Part shown: piece after piece, positions 13,901 to 24,600 of the stretch
Layout: every line of letters begins with the position of its first letter
Numbering within the stretch: the stretch's first letter is position 1
Source of the DNA: Lama guanicoe
Taxonomy: Eukaryota
NCBI GenBank assembly: GCA_013239625.1
Contig: MU053933.1
Span: forward strand, 1,552,001-1,616,000
Direction of reading: 5' to 3'
Length of the DNA: 64,000 nt
The notes under the pieces: generated by a model
Database searches by the model: none
The model's input: only the letters and a program-made list of their open reading frames with translations
What the model was told of the DNA's origin: nothing
Translations under genes and position numbers: made by a program

Positions 13901-16900
13901 AAGGACATATTGCAAGAGTGAAGTGTCATAATGACCTCTTCTTTCAGTAACTGCTGATTTCTTGCTCAGAGAAAGTCCATTCTATAAAATCCTAGACTTC
14001 CAGAAATTTTGCTGTTTGGAATTGTATCAGTAAGAAGGAGGAAGCATCCGCTGTCCCCTGCAGGGTGGAAGGCACTGTGACACAGAGCAGCAGCCTTGAT
14101 ACCCAGCTAGCTGCAGAGCTTCAAATAGAGGATTTCTAAACACCACGTTCTACCAGCTATCTAAATTTTGTGATTTTCAAGGAAACAGGGCCTGGGTCCA
14201 CTGCAGTGAGACCTGATGCTGACCCCTTCACACACAGCCCTACCTTGCTTGGAGCCCATGAAAACACAGCTTCATCTGTATTTCATCTAAACTGCACCCT
14301 GCTCCAAATCCTAGAGCAACTAGCCCTCTCCTCTGTTGGCAAGACGCTCACTTCCTCTGGTGTGTGGTCTCCCTTATTTCATGAGCCAGTAATCTGACCT
14401 TGTCAGACTACAGGTCCTTCCTGATGGTTGCAGGCCGATCAGGATAAGACAAACATTTAGAATTTGTAATGAATGTAAAACATGCAAGAGGAAATGCCAA
14501 GGAGGAGTCAGATACAGCGCCCTGAGCCTGGGGGAGAGGTCAGGAAGGATAAATCCAGGAACCACCAGCATCAAGATGGCAACAAAAGCTATGTGTGTGC
14601 ACAGACTGCCCACAGAGAGGCCATGGAGCGAGGACAGAAGGGGGCCTAGGCCTGAGCCTCAAGCAACTCCACCAGCTGAAAGGCTGCTGCAAAGAAAAAT
14701 GAATCAGCTAAGCAGACTGAGAAGAAACAGCCAGAGAGGTCAGGAGGAAAAGAGGTGACGACATGGCTGGGGAAGGCCAAGGACTGGGGAGCAAGATCTC
14801 CTGAAGTTTAACTTTGATCAAGTCGCTATGGATGTGTTTGTAGGCCTCCCTTTTATAAGCACTAGTATGATTTTGGCAGAGGACTAATCTCCAAACATTG
14901 ACTCATGCCAAGCAACCCATGAGCCTTTGATGTGCTTTTCAGAATGCCAAGTCAGTGTGCAACAAGAAACATAAACTACCCAGCAGGCTGCCATCCTCAG
15001 CTGCTGGTCGGCGCTTTCCTTCCCTGAAGATAAATGCACAGAGGATGACTAACTGCTCTCAGAAAGTTGCTGACGGAGCACGAGGTCAGAACCAGGGAGA
15101 TCAGGAAGCCAGTGACCTGGAGCTTATCTGGCAGGGTCCCCACAGGAAACAAAGCAAACTAGATGTTCACTTTACAAGAAGGGCCACTTACAGAAGAGAC
15201 AGCGCGGGGTAAGAGCCCCCAGAAGGGATGGAAAGGCACCCAGGACTAGCAGCGGCCCTCTAGCTGGAAGAATGAGGGAAGAAAGGGGTCACTGGAGCCC
15301 AGTGAGAGCTGGGACTGCGGAGAAGGCCCTGAGCAGGAGGCACAGCTGTGCAGAGAGCAGGAGGAACCATCCCAACCATTTTCTGCCCACTGATGCCTTC
15401 CACTGACGAGCCCTACCAGCAGCCAGCAAGGAAGCAAGAGGCATCGGTCCGCAGTAGTCCACCTCCCCGCCACCACGGGGCAGAGGAGGGTGGATCTGAG
15501 GATTCCAAAGAGAGAATAAACAGGCAGGGCACATGGTAGCCATGAGCATTCCCCCTTCTAACTGGATATGGCTGCCGCCTTGACCGCGTACATCTCCTCA
15601 AACCAGAAACTCAAGATACGTCCTTGTCTAGTGCTAAAGACGCGAACCGGCCCCCCAAGATAAGAGGCTACGCAGTGACGGCTAGCGGTCAAAAGTAACG
15701 TGGGAAGGGAGCCTTAACCACTGCAGGCTGTGTAACTGTAACGCACCCTCCATCAGACAAGTGCTGCGTCAACCCCGAAACCACTCCAAGAGCTTCTGCA
15801 GGCTCCTAGACTGACACCTGACACCATGGCCAAGCTCAGATCTCAGCATCCACACGGACAAGCCCTAGTGAGCCCAAAATCAAACCAGCGCTAGAAACTG
15901 GTCCGCTCCTCAGCCCAGAGAAACACCGGAGTCCATGCAAGGCTGCCTCGTGGCAAGACCCCTGACTTACACAGACAAGGGCTTAATTCTTAGAATAGAG
16001 ATTTTAAGCTATAAATTTCCTGCCGAGGAAGAAAGGAGGAGAAAGGAAAGCTGGTTAACAGATACTCAGAAAGCTGGCAACCCTTCCGCCGACACAAACT
16101 TACACATCCAAGTTACTCATCTGTGGGCATCTCCTTTACTTATATCTTATCTGACTCTCCCAAACGTAATTACAAAGACTGTAATGGTATCTTAAAGTTT
16201 ACTTATAATCACTTCATGGTTATTTACATAAAGTAAATCTGCTCAAACAGATTGCTGTCACCATCAATGACTGCTAAAGATGAAGTAAGACTCACTTTTT
16301 TCTACAATCTTTAATTTCTGGAAGCTTTCCAGTACTTCCCCGTTTAGTATTCTGGGTAAGAAGTCCCGGATTTGCATCACTTCAGTTGTCAGACGTTCCA
16401 GGTCGTTCTTTCTGACTTTAACAAATTCTTCTTTAGTTCCCATGTGCTAAAAGGACAAGCAGATCTTAAGATTATTAAGATTCTCTTCAGATGACTGAAA
16501 TTAGCAGCCCAAGTCAGCTGGCTTCCTTGTCTTTAAGGCCTCTTTTTTTGTGTGTGCTCATTAATTGTCTCTAAAACATGTGCCCTCTGCTATGCATATT
16601 ATATCCTGAGAGCTGAAGCTCCAGCCTTCAAATTGCGAGCCAATTCTCTCTAAGTGCAAACAAGGCCCTATTCCTAAAAGCCAAAGAAAATGCCAGCAAT
16701 ATTTTCTTAACATTCCAGAGCCAAGCTAATCAGGAGGAAAAGGAATTTTACTGGATTCCCAGTGGGAGCGCCAGCCCTTTGCGGGCCATCTGACTTCGTA
16801 TTCCCCACGACCCTCAAGGCTGTCCGGGTCAGGAACCAGGGCACAGCAGGGCGAGGAGACTCACAGTAACACCAGTACCAGGGGACACACCAGGATCTGA

Positions 16901-17297
16901 ACCCGGGTGTGGCTCCCAAGTCCAGCTCCTGCTCCGGCATCCCGTGCAGCGGCTGTAGCAGCCGGGCACCGCGATGCCGAACCAGCGTTAGGGCCTCGAC
17001 GGCGGTCCGGGCCCAGGGTGGCACAGGAGCTCGCCCACCGCCCCACCGCGCGGCCTCCTGGACCCGCACCCGCGGTTTCTGAGGCGAGGGTCGCCACCCC
17101 CCACTGCCGGCCCGGGCCACGCTGTCCACGGACGGGGCCCAAGGCCTTCTCGAGCACGCTGGGCGAGGCCCAGGCGGGCTGCGGTGCGGCACGGCACGGC
17201 ACAGGCGAGTGGACGGCGACAGCTCGGACCCACGGGCGGCGACCCCGGCCCCAGCACTGACCCGGCAGGCCTCCTCAGAGGCGCCCGACTCGCCCAT
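7864..17297 (-). CDS. HSF2BP: HSF2BP (MEILB2), meiotic BRCA2-binding protein; 5' part only, coding exons 17262-17297, 16296-16446, 7864-7967; continues beyond window start
   Basis: The spliced translation MGESGASEEACR|HMGTKEEFVKVRKNDLERLTTEVMQIRDFLPRILNGEVLESFQKLKIVEK|NLERKEQELEQLRMDREHFKARLESVQADSLREKK matches the HSF2BP N-terminal coiled coil as I recall it. Boundaries are GT-AG, 36+151+104 nt keeps frame, and the gene is head-to-head with RRP1B as in other mammals. Confidence 0.96.
8770..8952. mobile_element. MER5A-like hAT DNA transposon remnant
   Basis: catcagaatcccctg...gagaatctgcatttctaacaagttcccaggtgaggctgatactgctgg, the MER5 hallmark as I recall it. Confidence 0.75.
10941..11300 (-). 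mobile_element. MLT1-type (ERVL-MaLR) LTR
   Basis: tgtattagtt...ataacaaagtaccacaaactgggtgactta...ctcacagttctggaggct...ttataaggacaccagtcatactgggttagggcccaccc. Confidence 0.8.
12700..13190 (-). mobile_element. Ancient L1 3'-end remnant (L1ME-like)
   Basis: ttttatttggaagtaatttcaagcttacaaaa...cccagtctaaggtcaggtattggcatttaactgtcatgt pattern. Confidence 0.55.
13440..14760 (-). mobile_element. L2 fragments
   Basis: Purine-rich L2-like segments (ctttatcctaagagcaaggagaagccactgg; ggcctgagcctcaagcaactccacc; gaaacagccagagaggtcaggagg). Confidence 0.5.
16296..16446 (-). CDS. HSF2BP: HSF2BP second coding exon (151 nt)
   Basis: Acceptor cttgtccttttag, donor gtgagt; encodes HMGTKEEFVKVRKNDLERLTTEVMQIRDFLPRILNGEVLESFQKLKIVEK. 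Confidence 0.96.
17262..17297 (-). CDS. HSF2BP: HSF2BP first coding exon segment (MGESGASEEACR)
   Basis: ATG at 17297-17295 in strong Kozak context (GGCCATGG); donor GTCAGT starts at 17261 on the minus strand. Confidence 0.93.
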
Positions 17298-17519
17298 GGC
17301 CGTCGCGGCCTCGGCTCCGTGCGCCTGCGCGGCGGCGCGCCCTCTGACCCCTCACACCAGAAAGCGCGGGAAGTGTCCACGCCGGGGCTCAGGTACAGAG
17401 AGCCGCGAGGCTCAGACCGCGTAGCGTTTTTGCAGCATTCTTGGCCCCAAGGACAAGGGGTGGGCCTGCGGGATCCCGCGTTGGCTCTTCTGGCTTAGCC
17501 GGGGTTGTAAACCTGTTAA
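17298..17519 (-). other. HSF2BP: Probable 5'UTR portion of the HSF2BP ATG-containing exon
   Basis: Minus-strand branch point, pyrimidine tract and acceptor ctcactgtccttctactttgcag end at 17520, implying an upstream non-coding exon. A candidate donor GAG|GTTAGC lies at 18224/18223. Confidence 0.6.
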
Positions 17520-18493
17520 CTGCAAAGTAGAAGGACAGTGAGACCCACGTTTGAATGTCTGGTAGAATAAATCGAATCGGCCCTTTCCGGTTTGGCGAGG
17601 TATGTTAGACGAAGGGGCGACACATTCTAGTGAACGGACAGCGGGGGGGCCCGCTCCCGCGCTCAGCTCCAAGCTCCATCAGCAAAGGTCGAAGCTTTCT
17701 GACAACAGTCTGCTCCGGAGGTCTGCCTGCAGTGGGAGCCTTAGTCCAGCCCGCTGGTAAGGAACTGAGATGACCGCCATGAGCTCGGAGACACCACCTG
17801 GTCCATTCACTTGCCCCAATACGCCCAATGAGTTCGCAAACTACGGTGCAGCCTGTGGGTTCAAATGTACGGGTTACCGTACACGTAAGACTTCGTCTGT
17901 CTGAAACCGGCCGCAAGCTGCCCCTGCCCGAGTCTCCGGAGCACACGCCCCAAATCCTCGCCCCTGCCCCGGCCCAGGACCCAGACCTGGGCCCTCGATG
18001 GTGCTGCCCGAGGCATCCCGCCAAAAACCCCAGGCCGGCCCGTCTTCCCAGCTTCCACCCGGCGCAGGCGGCCTCAGGAGCTCAACACGATGGAAGACAG
18101 CTCCGCGTATTTGGCGGAACAGCCGCCGATCAGAGGGGAATTTTGTGGAGTGGGCGTAAAGATTCTAGACCACTTAAAACTGGCTGCCCGCCTCTTCTTG
18201 GCCAACACTCAACGCTGGCTAACCTCGCTGTCAACGGCCCCGAGCTTTGGCGCCCGAGAGACAGCGCAGGCGGGGAGGCGCGACGCCCACCCCGGCTGGG
18301 CTGCTCCGCCGACTGCCGGGGCTGGCGCGCTCGCTCCCAGAACGCCCTGCGAGCGGCGGCACCTTTGTGACGCCATCAGCTGGCGCGCCGCCGCCTTCTG
18401 CGCAGTCGCGGCCCGGGCTGTACAGCGGCGGGCGCTCGGCGGCGGCGGTGGCGGCGGCGGCTGGCTGCGGCCGGGGATGCTCCAACAGGCGCG

Positions 18494-18623
18494 ATGGCCC
18501 CCGCCATGCAGCCGGCCGAGATCCAGTTCGCTCAGCGGCTGGCGTCCCACGAGAAGGGCATCCGGGACCGGGCGGTGAAGAAGCTGCGCCAGTACATCAG
18601 CGTGAAGACGCAAAGGGAGACAG
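18494..18623 (+). CDS. RRP1B: RRP1B exon 1 (coding part)
   Basis: gcgATGG start; ends ...GAGACAG|gtgggc. Confidence 0.95.
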
Positions 18624-21600
18624 GTGGGCGCCTGGCGGTCCGCCGCGCACGTGGCGGCCGGGCCCGGGGGGCCCAGGGTGGGCGGGGACGCGGGGTGGGG
18701 GGTGGGGAGCTGGGCAGAGGGTGTGGGGAGGGGGCCAGCCCAAGGGAGCCGCGGGCGGGGCGGGGAGAGCGTGGGGCACTGACTCGCGCCCCTGTCGTGT
18801 GCTTCTGCGTGTCCGCTTCCTGCTGCGTCTCGTCCGGTTCTTCGGTTGAGAGACAGCCGCCGGCAGTGTTAGGTGGCGTGCTGAAAGTCGCGGTGAGTAG
18901 GGAAGCGGAGAATAGAGCCAGTGTGTCGTACCCCGAGCCTGCACGTGGGATCCCTGGGCTTAGCCTGGCTGATTCTGGTGCTCTCTTCACTGAGTCACTC
19001 CTTCCTCTGACCAACACTTTAAGGTGCATGGGTTACAAGAGAGAAGATAGAATCGCTACTCTCGAGGAACTTGTCTCAGTAAATCTAGGGAGGAATATGA
19101 AAAGGAAATGAAAACCGAGGAAAGAAGGAGCGGCTCCACATAGGCTGTTCCAGGGAGGCCTCTCCAGGGCGGCATTCGGCAGATCTGAACCCAGGCGGGC
19201 GGGAAGAGCTGGAAGATCAGTAAGGGAGAGGGCGACGATGTTGGGCGTGAAGTTGGAAAAGTAGGCAGTAGCCAGGTCGCACAAGGCTTTGTAGTATGGG
19301 TTCTGACTGCATTGGGGTGCCGTTGAAGGATTCCATTTACCTGATTCAAAATACAATCTGTAAACCCTGGAGGGTATGAACTCCAGTGTGAGATGGAGTT
19401 TTTTATTGCACTAAGATAAAGTCTGATTTATTTCCCACTAGTACTAATACCTGGAGTCTACTTGAAAGAATTGATGTTTCCCCCTGTACTGACGCTCTTA
19501 GTTTTATTTTGAAGAGAAATCACAAAAGACTACACAGCAAGAAGAAAGTACAACTTCGTGGGAAGTCTGCTAGGAGGAGTGAAGCCAAACTTCCTGACTT
19601 CAGTTCTATTAGGCGTCGCCCTGACAGGTTTAATTTACTCTCATCCCCTATATGCTAGAGGTTCCTAAACCTAACTTTCTAAGCCATACCTTTACTACTT
19701 TCAGCTTAGATAATGCCCTCCTCACCTGGCATCTCCACCTGGATGTCCTCAGACTCCATGCCCAAAATGACTCATTTTCTTCCCCCCACAACCTCGTGTC
19801 CTGGTGCTGCTCTGCTGCCTGTGCTCATTCATTTGGGCGCTAGGTCCCATCACCCCGCAGACTCTAGCTGGACACATGATGTTGTCCTGGACTCCTCCTC
19901 CTCATCCTCTCCCCCAGCCCTGCATCCAGTATCCTTTGGTTCTACCTGTTTCTTTCCCTGAGTTACTCTGCCCTCACCGGAGGCACCCTTCATCTGCTCT
20001 AGATTTCTGTACCTGCTTACTTCCTAACTGATCTCAGCTCCCTTTGTGCCCCCTTGAACCTGTGCTCCATGAATAAGTCTGGGCTCATCTTCTTGAAGTA
20101 GTTCCATCAGGTCACCGTCTTCCTGGAATTCCAGGTCTGTAGATCGTGATCTGTCCCCCCTGCCTTTCTCTCTCCATCTCAGCCCCGGTATGACAGCTCC
20201 ACACTGGTTCCTGCTGTACAGTGCGCCAGCTCTCACCTCTCTGCCTTCACTTCCCCTGTTTACTGAGAAGATTCCCAGCTGGATCCAATCCCAGTATTCA
20301 CTTCAGCATCACTTGCTCCCAAATGCCTTCCCTCCTGTCTCACCCCATTCCTCTAGGATTCTGAAATACCCAGTGTGTCTCTGTTGTGGCCCTTAGCTAC
20401 ACTGCTTCTTAGTTATCAGCTAATGTATCGTTCTTCACCCAAAACAATGTAAGCTTCCATCTGCTCTCTTAGCTGGAAACGGGAGCACATCCAGACGGAC
20501 GAGGCCAGCCTGTGTACGCCGAGAAAGAAAAAACATCAGACGCACTACGCACGGGGCTCAGCCGGCCAGACAGAGCCTGCTGTGCGGGGCCCTTGGGGGA
20601 AGAGGCGCAGGGCGTCAAGTGCTGAGGGGCACAGGGGCAGGAGGCCCATGGGGTTGCACCAGGGCCCAGGGTGCTGGCTGCTTCACGCCACCACATCTAA
20701 GCCACTTGTCTTGTACATCTTGTTCCCCATCACGTCCACCTTGCAGGGAGTGCAGGGGCCTTCAGAAAAGCAAGTGTAGAGTGAGTGTCATGGACGGCGC
20801 TGATGGCTACCGCAGACAGGACTTCTACCCCGCCGTGCTCGTCAGAACAGAAACACAGATTGGGGAGTAACTTGCCTGACCGTGGCATCTCATTGACAGG
20901 CTCAGATGTCTGTGTGACTTGTCTCAGGCACAGTAAAGGCAGGCTGAAATTGTCCTCACTATCCGATAGCAATGTAGATAGTGTTGTGATTTTAAAAGCA
21001 AGTTGAAAACTTTGTAGAACTAAAAACAACTAAATGTTGCTCTGCTGCTTTGAGTGTTTGTGTTGATCCTTCACCTTTGTAGAATAAAACCGTGGTTTTA
21101 CTCGGAAGGGCCCACTTGTCCCTGTTCATTCACTCGTGTGCTGAGCACACACGCAGAGCACCTACTATGTGCTGGGATTTTGCACACCACTCTTGGGATT
21201 GGGAACAGAGCAGTGAGCAAAACAGACGAAAATCTCTGCCTGTTTTGTCCATTCTGCAACCTTAAACATTTAACATCTGCTAAAATTGGGGTAAATTTTT
21301 AAATCATCCTTGTGACTTTCGTTTGCACTCTTGCTTTCTTCTGGTGGCACGTGAAATAAGCAGTCACATAGCTGATGGTGTCGTAGATTCAATGACGCGA
21401 GGGAGGAAGTGAGTTTCTTCATACGGACAGGGTTTGGGGTCTCGACCCAGTAGTTGGAATAACTGGGAGCTGTGGCCGTTTCGTCACAGGTGTGGGTTTG
21501 GGTCTAACATTTTACGTCCCACCTAAAACGGCTCCTGGGCTGTTTTGTGATGAGAGAGGCTATTGGACTTTCTCATCTCATGGTTTGTTAGTATTTACTG

Positions 21601-24600
21601 TTTCCACGTCTCACCTTCATGGTAACCTCATTCGTTTTGAAATAACTGAATCTATATTGCTGTAGAAACTTGGTCATGTTGAGTTTAAGAAACTCAACCT
21701 CAAGAAGAAAAGATAAAAGGCAGTCATGGAACAGGACTGCCTCGGCTCTAGAGGTCTTCACCTTCAGGGTTCGGAAAGAAACCAGAAAATGTTAGTTTTC
21801 TAACATTTCTAAAGCATTTCTCTGCTTTGCTTTAGACGCTTCAAAGATGGGTACCTAGATTTTACCAGCTAAATTCGTGGGTGAAAACAAGTGGTTTTTA
21901 TACATATATTGAAAATAGCTGTTTTTAAAGAGAAAAGAGCTTCCCTGAGCTTGGGGAGGGAACAGGAGGTGATCACACGATAGCCGCCAGCTGAGCAGCG
22001 CTTTGCGCTTAAAAAGCGCGTCTCACCCCTGCTCTTACTTTGGACCTTAACTGTGGACCCTGCGTGCGTCACAGGTGAGGAGACTGAGGCTCAAGGGGTA
22101 GTTGGCGGACCTCTAGTAGTGCACAGCTGGTGACAGCAGACTGGGGCCTAACCAGCACTTTGTTTCCACTCTGCTTTTTTGTTTCGCGTAGGGTGAAACC
22201 GTCAGAAAGTATTTCCGTGTCCAGCTCCCTTCTGGCCCGCTGTCCAGGATCTGCTCTCACCCTGTTACTTTGTCCAAATCGACTTGTTTTCTCTTGCAAA
22301 GGCCCCTGCAGCGCGTCACACCGTGCCCTTGCCCGTGACAGGCGTGGGTTCTCGTGAGGCACCTGGGTAGCTAACGTTATCGCTTGACGTGCTGCTGCAC
22401 TTAGAGGAACATCTGGAGATGAATATTCACTGTGCTCTTTTTAAGTGAAAAGGTCAGAATACAGAATATGTCAGAATGCAGTATACTGAGGCTGTGCATA
22501 CACCGCTGCGCGTTTCTGTGTCACGTGTGAGTGTTGTGGACGTGCGCTGGAAAGGTGCACACCAGGTGGGAGCAGTGGTTCTGGTGGGGGGACTGGGGTT
22601 TGGGGTGGTGAATGAGGCGCTCTCTGCTGTACCCTCTGATACAGTATGTGAATTGCATGGTTTTTATTACATCTTTATTTTCTTTTTTTTTTACTGAAGT
22701 ATAGTTCACAGTGTTCTGTTGGTTTCTGGCACGCAGCAGCACGTTTCAGTCATACGTATACATATATATATTCCTTTACAGATTCTTTTTCATTGCAGGT
22801 TACTGCAAGATACTGAATATAGGTCCTTGTGCTACACGGTGGAAACTTGTCATTTATCTCTTTTATGTGTACTAGTTAGTATCTGCAAATCTCCAACTCC
22901 CAACTTAACCCCTTCCCACCCCCTTTCCCCTCTGGTAACCATGAGTTTATTTTCTGTGTCTGTGAGTCTCTGTTTTGTAAATAAGTTCATTTGTGTCTTT
23001 TTTTAGATGTCATATATAAGGGATATATGGTATTTTTCTTTCTCTTTCTGGCTTACTTCACTTAGAATGATGATCTCTAGGTCCATCCATGTTGCTGCAA
23101 ATGGCATTATTTCATTCCTTTTTATGGCTGAGTAGTATTCCATTATATAAATATACTGTGCCTTCTTTATCCAGTCATCTGTTGATGGACATTTAGGTTG
23201 TTTATTGACCATTGTAAGTAGTGCTGCTATGAACACTGAGGTTAGTGTATCTTTTTTGAATTAAGAGTTCCCTCCAGATATATGCCCAGGAGTGGGATTG
23301 CTGGCTCACAGGGTAAGTCTGTTTTTAGTTTTTTGAGGAATCTCCGTACTGTTTTCCACAGTGGCTGCACCAAACTACATCCCCACCAGCAGTGTGGAAG
23401 GGCTCCCTGTCCTCCACACCCTCTCCAGCGTTTCTTGTCTGTGGACTCTTTAATGGCAGCCATTGTGACAGATGTGAGGTGATGCCTCTCTGTAGTTTTG
23501 ATTTGCACTTCTCTGATAATTAGCGACATTGAGCATTTTTTCACATGCCTATTGGTCATTCATATGTCTTCACTGGAGAATTGCTTGTTTAGGTCTTCTG
23601 CCCATTTTTGGATTGGGGTTGGGTTGTTTTTTTCTTATTAAATTGTATGAGCTGTTCATATGTTCTGGAAATTAAGCCCTTGTTAGTCTCATCTTTTGCA
23701 AATATTTTCTCCCATTCTGTAGGTTGTCTTTGTTTTGCTTCTGGTTTCCTTTGCTGTGCAAAAGCTTGTAAGTTTAACTAAGTCCCATTTGTTAATTTTT
23801 GCTTCATTTCTGTTACCTGGGTAGACTACCCTAGGAGAACATTGCAAAGATTTATGTCAGAGAATGTTTTGCCTATGTTTTCTTCTTAGAGGTTTATAGT
23901 GTCTTGTCTTACGTTTCAGTCTTTAAGCCATAAAAATCTATTCTTATTGGTTGGGACTCTTTTGCAGTTGGAACTTGACAGAACATTCAAGCCACACTAG
24001 TTTTCAGGGAAAAAAAACAAATGCAGGAGCTCCACCAATGGCACCGGACCCTAGCTTTTCTCCATAGCACACTCTGCTCCCCCAGATTGGTTCCGTTTGC
24101 AGTCAGGCTGCCCAGCACTTAACAGGGTGACTGAGCACAGATGCAGGCTGTGTCTTCTCTCAAAGTCTCCTTGGAGAGATCTTGGGTCCTTCCTAAGGCC
24201 TGAGGGGGAGGATCTGACCTGCAGTGGGGTGACCATGCTGCTCTGGTGTGAGCGCAGCTGGCTGCTTCCCTCCATGTAAGTGAGCCCTCCCAGCCCACTG
24301 CCTCCCTCCCAGGCCTGGCCTTGAAGGTGGCAGCCGTGGAGGGGACAGCAGTGTAGCTGCTTGGCAAACACGGAATGCCCAGGACCGGGTCTCCTGCAGG
24401 AACTAGTGTCTTTTAAATCCTGTTTGCTTCCAAGTTCATCAGTGTTCGTGCTTTTCCAGTTTCATTATAAAAAATTTTCTGAACAATAAAAAGAAGAAAG
24501 CAACCCATGATAAAATTTTCGTAGTCTCATGCAGTCCTTTTTCCTTTTGTGTTAAGGAATATTTCAAATATACAAAGAGTGCACTCACACATCAGTCGGC

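Larger units (their letters stand above)
16900..18960. promoter_or_regulatory. CpG island / bidirectional HSF2BP-RRP1B promoter
   Basis: Very high GC and CpG density spanning both start codons (about 1.2 kb apart, divergent). Contains E2F-type TTTGGCGC (18246-18253), MYB-type CAACGG (18232-18237), CRE-like TGACGCCA (~18368) and CACGTG E-boxes at 18648 and 18942. Confidence 0.85.

Noticed and set aside
16707..19111. Many overlapping 100-200-aa ORFs around the promoter
   Set aside because: By-products of CpG-island composition; only the HSF2BP and RRP1B first coding exons are supported.
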